64,000 bases of DNA, from contig NC_043010.1 in assembly GCF_006345805.1 (NCBI RefSeq), positions 21,266,001 through 21,330,000 of the forward strand. Direction: 5' to 3'. The notes under the pieces were generated by a model, which was not told the origin of the DNA, made no database searches, and saw only the letters and a program-made list of their open reading frames with translations. This DNA is from Octopus sinensis. Its lineage: Eukaryota. Shown here piece after piece: positions 37,003 to 51,830 of this stretch (the first letter of the stretch is position 1; every line of letters starts with the position of its first letter). The translations under genes were made by a program, and so were the position numbers.

Positions 37003-40000
37003 TTCACAAGAGTCTGGATCTCAAAGTAAGGACAATATTCGTAGACCTGGAGGGTAGACTGGTCGTCCTGGATGTCGACGGCAGCAATGGGTGCGCTTTT
37101 CGACTCGTATCAGTCTACGCACCGCCCTTAACAGGTCGGGCGGATTTCTTTCAACGTCTAGAAGTACTCTTGGGAACGTCTCGTCCTTTACTCTTAGTGG
37201 GGGATTGGAATGCTACCTTGGACACGCATGTAGACTACGTGGGTAGAGATAGGAATAGACGGGGATGCAAATGCCTCAGAGACCTGCTCAGACGCTTTCA
37301 ACTGTCTGACAGGTTCCGACTAGACCACCCGAATGCGCCAACGTGGACATGGAGCAACCGCATCGGGTCGTCGAGATCGTATCTAGATAGGATACTGTGT
37401 AGGACAGTAGACAGAGATAGCATAGGATGTCCACAATTCCACATAGTCAGCTACACGGATCACAAACTTGTGACATGTACGCTAGACTTAGGTAAGACAC
37501 TTAGGCAGGGTCCCGGATACTGGAAACTAAACGCGTCTTTCCCATCGAGACAGGTTTTCAGAGACCGGATTAGCACGCTAGTAAAGAGGGCTTTGACGGG
37601 AGCCATCATCAACAACAAATGGTGGTTTGCCCTCAAGAGAGCAGTAAAAGCAGAAGCGATTAGGTACAGCAAAGCACTAGCCATAGATAGAAATAGAGTA
37701 GAGGGTGAGCTAGTTAAGAAGCTAGAAGAGGCAATTAGAAGCGGCATCGCATCCGACGTTTTGGCGGCGAGGTTGGCCCTCGACCAACACTTCAACGCCA
37801 AACACGAAGGATGTGCTGTCAGAGCTAGGATGCGTGCTCTAAGGAACGAAGGTGTTGGAGCCGCGAGAGAGGCCCGGGTGACAGAGGCGCAACAGGGCAA
37901 CAAAGCCACCATTCGGTCCCTGGTAGATGAACAGGGGCGCGAATTGCTCGAGCCAAGTAAAATGTGTGAGGCCTTTCAGCAGCATTTTGCCCGACTGTTC
38001 GGAACGAGTGGAGGGCAAGAACGTAGGGTGGACTTCAGTGCCTACCTACATAGCCTACCACGACTCTCGACAAGAAAGGCAGGGTGCTGCGAAGGTGCCA
38101 TCACGGCGGCGGAAGTCCGGGAAGCGATGGCAGAATGCTCGAGGGACAAATCACCGGGTTTGGATGGTCTACCCTACGAGCTTTACAATTGTATGCCAGA
38201 CTTGTTTGGAGATCTCTTGGCGGCGGTGTACTGCAACTGGCAGCAAAACGGGAGCATTCCTGGTTTTGTGAGCCGGGGAGCCGTAACACTGCTGAAGAAA
38301 GATCTAAACAAGGGAAATGTAATAGATAACTTTAGGCCCATCACTCTGCTTAATGCAGACTTGAAAATTTTGGCCAAGGTGCTAGCCAAGAGGTTGGCGC
38401 TTGTCATCGAGAAACTGGTCGACAGGGCGCAAACATGCGCCGTGCCAGGCCGGACCATCCATGACAATTTCCACCTGATGCGCTACATCATAGACTGGGT
38501 AGTTAACGAACCTGGCATGGGTGGGGCGCTGATCAATTTGGATCAATCGAAAGCTTTCGATAGGGTGGACCATCGATACTTGGAGGCGGTCCTCGGAGCG
38601 GCTGGCTTCGGTCCCGTCTTCCGCGGCTGGATAGCCGCTTTGTACACAGGCATCCGTTCGGTAATTCGCGTGAATGGACATCTATCGAGACCCTTCGACA
38701 TCGCACGTTCGGTCCGTCAGGGATGCCCCCTCTCGTCGCTTCTATACGTATTGACTCTCGAGCCATTATTGCGGAAGCTGGCAACCTTGAGAGGCATCCC
38801 GCGAGAACTGGGATGCGGGACGAGCGTGTCTGCATACGCGGACGACGTCACCGTCATAGTGTCTAGCCTCGAGCACATCGAGCAGGTCGGCGAGACACTG
38901 AAAAACTACGAAGCGGTGACAGGAGCGAAAATCAACCGGGAAAAGTCAGTGGGCTTGCGACTAGGCACCTGGAGAAGCAAGCCCATGCCGTCCACCAGCG
39001 CCTCCGTCGTGGGACGCTGGACCGACGGCCCGGTTGAGTTGCTCGGGGTCTGGTTTGGTCCGGACCTCCAAGTGGAGAAGAACTGGAACGAGATAACGAG
39101 TAGGGTGGTCACTCTCGCCCGGCAATAGGCGGAGAGGAAACTGTCCCTAAAAGGTCGGGCGGAGGTGGCGAACACGTACATCGCGTCCGTCATCTACTAC
39201 CGCCTGACCGTCGTACCTTGTCCCGACCCTACCATCACCAAACTACAACGCATTCTCTTTCGCTTCTTGTGGAAAGGATGCGTCCCGATGGTCAGGTGAT
39301 CCATTTGCTGTCAACACCCGTTAAAAGGAGGGCTGGGCATGCCGTGGTTGATGATGCGCAGACACGCGCTGAGACTGCGACATCTCTGGCTCTATGTAGA
39401 CGATGGTGAACAGGTGTGGTCGCCGTTTGTGAGGCACGCTTTCCCGCAGCTCGTCTCCATGACCGAACTGCAGTCGTGGATCAAAAAGAGGCCGAAGAAG
39501 GGCGAATGGCACCGCGAGTGTCGCGTTGCTCTCAAGCAACTCTGCCGTCCTGGGTCGACCTTGAGTGACTTCAACACAACCAAAGCATTCTATAGGGGTT
39601 TAGTGGAGGGGAGGTACGACGACGAGCTCGGGGCGAACCTGGACGTCGACGAGGAGTACCTGACCCGCCTGTTCAGGACGACTTTCGGGCCAGGGCCCAT
39701 TGACAACTTCCAGAGATCCCTGGCCTGGCAGTGCTACCGAGAAGCGCTACCCGTTCGGGATAAGCTCTACAGACACGGCTCGGGAAACACGGGGCCGACC
39801 TGCCCGAGATGCGGTCAGAGCGACGAAACCGTTCTGCACGCACTCGTGCAGTGTCCAACAATTTCCGACCTGTGGGCTTGTGTCGAACAACTGCTGTCAC
39901 GTGTGGGACGAGTCGGTTTATCAGCTGAGTCTATCGTCAATATTGTCACGCCTCCCTCCTTCAAACGGGAAGGAAGAGCTATCTTCATCATCCTTGTGGC

Positions 40001-40592
40001 TATGGCGAAAGAATGTAACTGGTGGACGCGTCTGAAAGGATTGGAGACAAACACTTTCCTCTCTGGTCAATCTCTCATCAACTTCTTCAAGTACCACTTG
40101 AAAAGGAAAGTGAGAGTAGAGAGGCAAGTTTTGTCTAGCGAATGTTTTAAAAAAAGATGGGTGAATGTAGCAAGAATGGCACGTATGAATGACGAAGCCA
40201 CCTTGAGCATGATCCTATGAACCCAGAAATTGAAAATAGAGAGTTGCTTATTTGCAAAAAAAAAAAAAAAGAAAGAAATATAACATGTGACTCCATTGAC
40301 CGAGGTTACCGTGGTCTTTTCCGTAGGCTTTTCTTTCCACGGGTAAACATCACCTGTCCTCCCCTTTACACTTCATATTGACATTCCTGTGATAACGATC
40401 CCTATTGATCATTTTTTTTCCCTCTCCCCCTTTTTTTTTAACCCCCCTTTTTTGTCCTCTTTCTCTCATTTTACGATCCCTTTTGATCGAAACTCCCCCT
40501 TCCTTTTTTTTTTTTTTTAAACCTTCAAAATAAAAGCTCTACCTTGTAATTTGTTCTATCTGTGTGCAGCCCTGTGTGGCTAATAAAGAAAC
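37003..40592 (+). mobile_element. Tx1/L1-clade LINE, 5'-truncated within the APE endonuclease; ORF2 colinear with two in-frame stops; 3' UTR ending AATAAAGAAAC-(ATCT)n
   Basis: EN motifs DLEGRLVVLDV, YAPP, GDWNATLD, SYLDRILC, TDHKLV; RT motifs NFRPITLLNADLKILAK, DQSKAFDRVDH, VRQGCPLS, YADDVT; C-terminal [14 protein letters not shown]. One frame to 40220 with TAG at 39126-39128 and TGA at 39297-39299. Confidence 0.96.
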
Positions 40593-40593
40593 A

Positions 40594-40703
<110 letters not shown>

Positions 40704-40735
40704 ACTATCTATATATCTGTCTATCTGTCAATCTG

Positions 40736-40785
<50 letters not shown>

Positions 40786-40787
<2 letters not shown>

Positions 40788-41683
40788 CCACCTTTCGGGC
40801 GAAGGACCGCCCCAGGGTCCTATTAAAACGTGCTACCGAGAAGCGCTACCCGTTCGGGATAAGCTCTACAGACACGGCTCGGGAAACACGGGGCCGACCT
40901 GCCCGAGATGCGGTCAGAGCGACGAAACCGTTCTGCACGCACTCGTGCAGTGTCCAACAATTTCCGACCTGTGGGCTTGTGTCGAACAACTGCTGTCACG
41001 TGTGGGACGAGTCGGTTTATCAGCTGAGTCTATCTTTAATATTGTGACGCCTCCCTCCTTCAAACGGGAAGGAAGAGCTATTTTCATCATCCTTGTGGCT
41101 ATGGCGAAAGAATGTATCTGGTGGACGCGTCTGAAAGGATTGGAGACAAACACTTTCCTCTCTGGTCAATCTCTCATCAACTTCTTCAAGTACCACTTGA
41201 AAAGGAAAGTGAGAGTTGAGAGGCAAGTTTTGTCTAGCGAACGTTTTAAAAAAAGATGGGTGAATGTAGCAAGAATGGCACGTATGAATGACGAAGCCAC
41301 CTTGAGCATGATCCTATGAACGCAGAAATTGAAAACAGAGTGTTGCTTATTTGCAAAAAAAAAAAAAAGAAATATAACATGTGACTCCATTGACCGAGGT
41401 TACCATGGTCTTTTCCGTAGGCTTTTCTTTCCACGGGTAAACCTCACCTGTCCTCCCCTTTACACTTCATATTGACATTTCTGTGATAACGATCCCTATT
41501 GATCAATTTTTTTTCCCTCTCCCCCTTTTTTTAACCCCCCTTTTTTTTGTCCTCTTTCTCTCCTTTTACGATCCCCTTTGATCGAAACTCCCCCTTCCCT
41601 TTTTTTTTTAAACCTTCAAAAGAAAAGCTCTACCTTGTAATTTGTTCTATCTGTGTGCAGCCCTGTGTGGCTAATAAAGAAAC
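40786..41683 (+). mobile_element. Second, 5'-truncated copy of the same Tx1 family
   Basis: 40830 onward matches 39731-40592; (TATC)n on both sides (40594-40785 and 41685-41797). Confidence 0.93.
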
Positions 41684-41684
41684 A

Positions 41685-42459
<775 letters not shown>

Positions 42460-42492
42460 TTATCTATCTATCTATCTCTCTCTATATATATG

Positions 42493-42543
<51 letters not shown>

Positions 42544-42634
42544 TGAAGCCGAACATTAACATGATCGAAAGGATTTCATGAGTCCCGGGAGAAGGAAAGC
42601 AGAGCTGCCGAGATCATTGACACCTACACCTCAC

Positions 42635-42650
42635 CTGGCTCTTTGTTGAA
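42635..42650 (-). CDS. Candidate 16-nt microexon, phase 1-2
   Basis: Long poly-T tract ending GTTATAAG| and donor CAG|GTGAGG; (V)QQRA; bridges the 50116 and 35280 exons in frame. Confidence 0.45.
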
Positions 42651-43757
42651 CTTATAACAAAATAAAAAAATAAAAAAATGGATGAATGAATGAAACGCTA
42701 GTAACATCACATATCCGTTTGAGATGGCGACCATATTATAATGATAATGAATATCTATAGACCGGAAAGAAACCTTGACGTTGGCACTAACAGTTGTAAA
42801 TAAATACAATACATCAGCAACATTATACTAACAAATCATTCCATTGACAGGGAAGTCAAGGGGAAAGACATGGAAAGAAAGAAAGCTCGTTTTTTTTTAT
42901 ATATCATATATATATTGTATACTTCATTTGTTTTTTTTTTTGTTACTGAGAACGATTCAATGGTGAAAACTGTTTTTTTAAAGTTTGTATTATTTCACTA
43001 TTTTATTTTGTTAATTTTCTGCACATATTTGCTTCAGAACTGCTCCAAACCAAGAATAGCAAATAGCTGCCATATTTTTGCTGTCAAAGGCGAATGGTCT
43101 CATCTCGATTCTTGGGAAATATTGCATTGTGCATGCATTTATTTTGTTTTTATAAATGTATTGTTCAATAAAGCAGCATAAAAGAAACTGTAGAATATTC
43201 CTCAAGAAAGGGGGTGGGGTGGGGAAAAGGAAACGACCATGGAACTATTTTTGTGAGCTTCATTTTCGATTTTATTTTTATATTTGAATTTGTTTGCTTT
43301 AATTTGTTGTACATTTTGGAAACTGTGTACAAATTCTCGATATTTCCTGAAAAGAACTGCTATTAAACGGTGTATTTCTATTTTGGGCTGTTCATTCATG
43401 TCATGGCCGTTGAAGAGCCTTTTATTTTTTTTTATTCTACTCTTAACAGATGGTGGTGAATGTTTAATTTAAATTGCCCGGACAATACCAAACGCGAACT
43501 TATTCTATTATCTCCACCTTCACAGGGACACCAGACATGTCTGGTTGAGGTTTAAACGTTAAGAACGGTTTTGATGATTTTCTTTCGCAGACACCTTTAA
43601 GAAACCTTCTTCCATTTTCTTATTATATATAATTATTGTACATGCACAAGTTATACAAGTGTAAAGAAAGATTTAATGAGTAAAGAATGTTCTGCTAATA
43701 ATATGTTATGGAAATTCATTGCTTAAAAGATATTTTGAAGTAATACACACGCATACA

Positions 43758-43790
<33 letters not shown>

Positions 43791-44444
43791 GAACGTGCGC
43801 GTTCTGCGTACTTTAATAGAAGCTGTGACGAGTAAAAGCTTAAGCTCATAAGCATTCACCGTATATTGGTTATAGGAAATAATCTAATATTGGGGCATAT
43901 AATCCCTCGACGGAAAAAAAGTGGATAAGTACACTTGAGAATCACGAAAATAGGAGGTGGTGGTTCGATTTCCACGCGTATCTATCCATTTTGTTTCGTT
44001 GGGGTCTTATATGCCCTAATATTAGACTACACACACACACACACACACACACAACTGGAAGCTAATTTATTTCAATTAAACCAGTTAACATTGTTCGTGT
44101 TCCAATCTTTTCTCGCATTCCCCGTTTCTTCTTATTTACCACACGAAGCTCCTCTCCTCAAGGCCCGCTTGTTTCACTTAAATCTTCCGTCTCGTTTTAG
44201 CATTGAGTAGAAGTTCACTGTCCTAAAAGCACACACTGCATTCCTACAACATTCTGCCATTCTTTGGCAGCACCACACCTTCAAGATTGCTTCTATCCAC
44301 ACCACTATCACCTAACGATCCAAGTTTTAGTTATATTTTACCTAGCATTTTCTTCTGAAACAGTTAGAGACTGATGTCCAGCCTTAGTAAACTTGCTTCA
44401 AGCAATATTGTAGTCCTTGGCCCTGGATCGCTGTAATATTTTTT

Positions 44445-45247
<803 letters not shown>

Positions 45248-47337
45248 CGTAAATATTTGCGGAAGAGTATAGCCGAATGTTGGTGAGGAGAGGCGAAACC
45301 ACAATCCATGAAAGAGAGGTGGATAAGTTATTTATTAGGTCATGGCATATTTTGAGTGAGATTAATTCCTTGTTTGTGAGGGAAATAATATAGTTTTGTT
45401 ATCAAACAGTGGATTCAATGTATAAAAATTGCCAGGAATAGGTTAATATCTTTAGAAAGGTCAATTCTATTTAGCCAGGAATAGAAATACCGATTCTTTT
45501 GGAAAAATACCCATCAATTTCCACCTCATATATCACGTATGTCTGTACATAGATTCTAGTAAAAATATCTTGTACAGGTAATTGTATGGTAGATATTCAT
45601 AAAAGTTATTTGGAAGAAAGCTTTTTCTGTATTCATAGCATTCATAAAGAAAAGAGATGTGTGTGGCGAAAAGTATTCATTGATAATAGAGTGAATATAT
45701 TTCAGACCGTTAGCGATGGTTACTGGGGTTCAACGTTAAATCATTGGAACGTGCAATTTATTCCGTTTTGTGATTTGCTGAATCAACCGCCTTAAAGAAC
45801 GAACTAAAAGTATGTGTAAAGAAACACCACGATAAAGCTTCTATTCATACAAAAACTACGGAACAACGCTCTGTAGTTCCACGTTCACTTTCTAATTTTT
45901 ATTAGTTTATCTTTCTGTAGTTTTTCTTCAATAAATTCTTTCATGTTTTCTGTTATTCCATACTTTCTCTATACTCTTCGTGAAATACATATATCAAAAC
46001 GCATGCAACAATGTATATGTATTTATATATGTAGATATATTAATATATGTAAATATTTATTCATATACAGTGTATATGTACATAGAAGCATTTGCATATA
46101 TATATATATATAAATAAATGCTTCTTGTATGTATGTTTATACTTATATATGTTTATATATGGTTTACATATATGAGCGTAGATACACGCAAGTGTGTATA
46201 TATATATGTATGTACAGATATATGCTTGTGTGAATGAGTGAGAGAAAGCAAGGGATAGAATTATTGAATGCTGTGAAGCAAACTGAGCATTAAATATTAA
46301 GTAACAAAATTATTGAAATGTTACTTAAAAATACTTATGCAATCCTGATATTTCGCGTAAAATGTTCCTTTCCAAAAGTGTTGAGAACAAAAGATAAAAA
46401 GTCCGTTGACTCGGTTTAAGGTTGCTCTCTTCTTCTTCTTCCAAAACTGTTTCTCTCCTTCCTTCTCTCTCTCTTTCTCTCTCTCCCCTTCTCTTTTTCT
46501 CTCTGGGTGCTTGTGGTGTTCAAAAAAGTTTCTTGTGAAGGGATGTGGGATTTGGATTGTGACATGTTTACGAGGAAATTGCGTCAGTTATTGATATATT
46601 CAGTAACAGTAATGGACGCTGCATCTTACTCATTTCAAGCAAGTTGCTGATTGTGTTTTGTTTGTTTATTGATCAGAATAGCTCTTTTTAAACATCAAGT
46701 TATTTTTGTTACGTTCTATGATTTGATGGTGAGGCACACGCGTCACAGAACCCCAGATCACAATCCATAGCTGCAAATACCACGTTTCTTTCCACATTGT
46801 TTTCGAATAACACAGAGAATAAAGCACGCGCGAGCACACAAACACGAGTGACATGCCATGCAAAAAGACAAATTTGTATAATCTTCACTTAGCACAATTG
46901 AAAAAGAGTATTTATCCGAAATATCAGGAATAATTAAATATTTCTATGGCAATATTTCAGCACCTCTCTTATAGTTTGTGTTTGATCTACATTGGTGTAG
47001 CCTTTTATGACAATTTGGTTTTCAACATGATTCACTAAGTGACAAGTGACCTACACATCTCTCTCTCTCTCTTTCTTTCTCTCTCTCTCTTCTTTCTCTC
47101 TCTCTCTCTCGATCCCTAAAATCTTGCCTGCTGAATTAGACACTGGATTTCTGTAACATAATGCAATGTGTGTTTGATGATCTGCTGTGGTTAAGCATCC
47201 AATAGAGAGCTCCAAAACAGCCACAATGGTGCAGTTTACTTAGGAACAAATGATATATATATACATACCGGAGTAAACACATAAATGTGAAACAAGGTGG
47301 AAAAAGAGTACTCAAATACCAGGGGTAGAGTAATATG

Positions 47338-47503
47338 CTTTATTCAAAAGCAGCAGAAATTCAACAAAACCTGTTACTCGGAGTTTCACGTTCCCGTTCG
47401 TCGGACAATTTTGTTAAAATATTTTAACAAAACTGTCCGACGAACGGGAACGTGAAACTCCGAGTAACAGGTTTTGTTGAATTTCTGCTGCTTTTAAATA
47501 AAG
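47338..47503. repeat. 166-bp palindrome (83-bp arms, no spacer, 2 mismatches) at the end of a Penelope-like terminal-repeat remnant starting ~47270
   Basis: Axis between 47420 and 47421 (TTAAAAT|ATTTTAA). Confidence 0.95.
47433..47470 (+). ncRNA. Type I HHR motif with U4C variant core (mirror copy on minus strand at ~47371-47408)
   Basis: CTGT-CCGACGA-ACG ggaa CGT-GAAA-CTC c GAG-TA-ACAG; stems I, II and III all pair; GUA triplet. Confidence 0.68.
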
Positions 47504-47589
47504 TATATATATATATATCTTCATGTATTTCTATGTAGAGATATATGTATATATACATAAATACAAAATTGGATCTCTCTCTCTCTCTC

Positions 47590-47644
<55 letters not shown>

Positions 47645-47672
47645 ATGTGTGTATATATATATATATATATGC

Positions 47673-47731
<59 letters not shown>

Positions 47732-49598
47732 CATACATTACATACATACACATATGTATATATATGTATATATACGTGCCTGTATTGTGTGTGTACAAAC
47801 ACACGTGATGTAAATGGTTCAAAGTACAATGAAGGCTTAAATTATAGAATTACAAATACGATATGACAGGACAAAAACTATGCAGAGTAGCTCTTGGGAG
47901 TCGACCGACCCATACACCGATCTTATCTCTTAATCTGTTTCAACCAGCAGACTACGGCCAATAAATCGACACCTGTACTTATTTGTTTCTTGAAGCCTGG
48001 TACTTGTTATACCAGTCAAGTTTGCCGAACCGCCAAGTTACGTGGTCGTAAACATACCAGCACTAGTATTTAACACCAGTAGTCAAGCGGTGGCGGAGGA
48101 CAAACTTAAACGCAAAGACACACACACACACACACACACACACACATCTTGCAGGGTGCCAAGTCTTTGTTTTGCCTATCTTCCTGCATGTCTTGATTTG
48201 CAAGAACACAAGATATAAAACTTTGAAAATTAATTTAGCAAAAGAATTCCTTTCACTGATATGTTTGCGTTTTCCACAAACCACAAATATCATAAAATTT
48301 TCAATAGAAATTCTATTAAAGTGACATATATTTTCAATTTATCGGCACACGCATTACTTTATTAAATATTCAACACCCTTGACAATTATTATTTGGCATT
48401 TGAGAGAAAAGACAGCCAAAGTTCAGAATTACTTCATCAAACTGCGATCGATCCCCCTCATAGCCATGCAAGTTCTAGATCAAAGAGCCACTATCAGATT
48501 TTGCTTCCTGTAAAATGATACTTCTTTAGAACAGGAAATCTAAAATTCAGGAAAAAGTTAGTCTGTTTTCATATAAACATTCAACTAAGTAACTTTTCAT
48601 TATTTACCTGCTAAAATTATAACACCTTGATCAAAATGACTTTGCTATGCGCCATCGATCTTAACTTTTGGTTGGATTTTAGCACTGAATACACATACCC
48701 AGCATACACACACACATTTTCATGCTCACAAGCATGCATAAACATACATAAACATACATATACGTACATATCCGCGCACATACATACTTATACATAGAGA
48801 CCTACACACGCACACATACATGCGCACACATAGATACATACTTATACTTACACACCTACTTACGCACACATACATACACATACATACACATACATTACAT
48901 ACACATACATACTCACATACATACTTATTCATACAGACCTACACACGCACACATGTATATACATACATACGCATACACACATATACATACACACATACAA
49001 ACATATACATACATACATTCGCACACGCACATATACATACATATATATAAACACATACATACATTCGCACACGCACATATACATAGATACCTACACACGC
49101 ACGCATACACACTCATACACACACATCACACACACATACATACCTCCGTTATAGAGTTCTGAAATATCGCTAAAGTTTGTTTACAATTTAATTGTATGCA
49201 TATTTAATTCTATAATATATTATTTAAAACATTTTTTCCCCAAGTAAACGAAATTTTATACACGTATTTTCATCGTGTAATTCGTTCTTTGGAACTCTGT
49301 ATATTTTAGAGTTTATGGCTTTGCCCGAGTTTTTTTGAAAATATTTTTAGATATGGATATATTTACAAATTAGTCGTATTCATGCTATTTCAACAACTTT
49401 TATGGCTCACGAACACCAAATTTTCATACATATCTTCATCATATGATTCCTCTTTAACAATTTTATACATTCTATAATTTATGGCAAGAAACACATTTTT
49501 TTTCATGAATATTTTTTTAATGTTTTACTTTACAAGTTAATCGTATGCATGATATATTCATTAATTTTTATGACCCACGCGGTGTTTCAATCTACACG

Positions 49599-49603
<5 letters not shown>

Positions 49604-49666
<63 letters not shown>

Positions 49667-49697
49667 TTTATTTTTATTAATATTATTGTTATTGTTA

Positions 49698-49750
<53 letters not shown>
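49604..49750. repeat. (ATT)n microsatellite
   Basis: Direct reading. Confidence 0.95.
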
Positions 49751-49751
<1 letters not shown>

Positions 49752-50115
49752 GCCCTTCACTGTTGTCACCCTTTGTACCACCGCACTATCTCTCTCTCTC
49801 TCTTTTCATGGCATTCTCTTCAAATGAGGTGTTTATGTATCAGTAGCCTTTTAACTTTTGCTATTGCTTCAAATATTTCTTGCTTCAGTGCGCGTGTGCG
49901 CGAGCGTACACTCACATATTCACACAGTTTTCGTTTTTATGGTTCTATTCAAAACTGTCGTCTGCAGATCGAATTAACGAATTACGGAGTATTAAGCTTC
50001 CTGTAAATATGCTCTTCTGAATTGAATGTTGTATCTTTTCATATTTACAATGTGAACACACACACGCGCGCGCGCTCACAGGGAAGTCCATGTGTGCCAC
50101 TGGTACCTTACAAAC

Positions 50116-50205
50116 CTGTACTACATCTCGAACAATCTGGCAGCCGACCACTCATCCGATTAAACACATTCGGAATATTGTCATATAGATTTTGGAGGCT
50201 AGAGT
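50116..50205 (-). CDS. Candidate 90-nt coding exon, phase 1-1
   Basis: Strong acceptor TTTTGTTTTCTTTTGCTCTTGCAG| and donor CAG|GTTTGT; open frame SSLQNLYDNIPNVFNRMSGRLPDCSRCST. Confidence 0.6.
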
Positions 50206-50730
50206 CTGCAAGAGCAAAAGAAAACAAAATTGGTCAAAGAACGCAGTGCACTTTGAACCAATAGCCATGAGTTTTCAAAGAATTATTTCTTGCAGCATCC
50301 GGTGTCTCTCTGTTCTACTGTATAACTAACAGGGGTGGATCAAACCTGTCTTCTTAATTTGTATTGGGGGGTCATGTTTCTCAGTTATGTCTAGTCTTTT
50401 CTATTTTCTCTTATCCCGACAATGATTTCTCAAAAGTTGAGTAAAATCTGTTCACGCTACATTTTCTATAAATATTTTTTATCAGAAGAAGGACTTTTTG
50501 TTTATTTTTCTTAGCAATCAACAAGATTTAAGTTGTTTCATTCAACTGAAATGGCTGTTGTGCTAAACATATTGGTTTCTATCTTCAAGATCATTATAAG
50601 TTGCGATTCGAACAACGAACTACAAAGAGACAACAACTCTTGTTGCGGCGGTCGGGTTATCAGGCGCATCTGTGATTTATGTAGTTTTATTGCGCGAATC
50701 ATGCAACTAAACGCTAGTTTTATTTCAGTT

Positions 50731-51253
50731 AAGGTGGCGAGCTAGCAGAATCGTTAGCACGCCGGGCGAAATGCTTTGTGATGTTTCGTTCGCCGTTATG
50801 TTCTGAGTTCAAATTCCGCCGAGGTCACTTTGCCTTTCATCTTTTCAGGGTCGATTAAATAAGTACCAGTTACGCACTGGGGTCGATGTAATCGACGTAA
50901 TCTCTTTGACTGTCCTTGTTTGTCCTCTCTGTGTTTAGCCCCTTGTGGGTAGTAAAGAAATAGGTATTTCGTCCGCTGCTGCGTTCTGAGTTCAAATTCC
51001 ACCGAGGTCGACTTTGCCTTTCATCCTTTCAGGGTCGTTAAAATTAAGTACCAGTTACACACTGGAGTCGATGTAATCAACTTAATCCTTTTGTGTATCC
51101 TTGTTTGTCCCCTCTATGTTTAGCCCCTTGTGGGGTAAAAGAAATAAGAATCTTTAACGCGCCGGTCAAAATGCTTAACAACCTTCACTCCGTGCTCATG
51201 GTCTGAGTTCAAATTTCACCGAGGTCGACTTTGTCTTCCTTTCTTTCGGGGTT
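50731..51253 (+). mobile_element. SINE family B multimer (head plus 2-3 tandem bodies)
   Basis: Same junction (GGGTAGTAAAGAAATAGGTATTTCG) as in the 22296 trimer. Confidence 0.85.
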
Positions 51254-51269
51254 CTGATGTGAAAATGCC

Positions 51270-51830
51270 GTTTTTATAGAGGTATTACTGCTGATTGAGG
51301 AGCTAGTACGTCTGTGAATTAGAGGTTATAGTGTGATGTTAACCGATTTTATGTTTATCATATATTAGCCTTTCTTTAAATGCAGTGTGGAACGTGTGAA
51401 GATAGAAGCAGCACGATACCAAGTATGAGAGCATTACTCCATTGACGGTCCTCTCTCAGTTTTGTAGATGGTTGGTAGCTTTTGAGGTTGAACGAATTTA
51501 TAACCCTGTAGAATAAGACCCGTATTCGCGAAGCAGAATTTGCTATGTTAAGAATATGCGTTTGTGCAGAAGATTTGTGAAGAATTCAGTCCCTATGATA
51601 ATTCCTGTTTGAATCCTTCGTCTACAGATACTATAGGGACTACACCTTTATATCTTATCATTACTGGTAATGAATCTTTTTATTATTGATAAAGACTTGT
51701 CGAATGTATTGAAGAACATTCTGGGAAATCTAACATATTTCCTCATTATATCATCCTTCCTTTTCGTCCATTATTTTAGAGACCAAAATATTTAGAAATC
51801 CTGTCTCATTTTGGTTTATATCTAGAGGGG
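51270..51830 (-). mobile_element. Heavily decayed LINE RT fragment, possibly RTE-like
   Basis: With frameshifts it reads IRYKG..VDEGFKQ(G)III.. and ..KFCFANTGLIL.., echoing the QG and FADD RT blocks. Confidence 0.35.
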
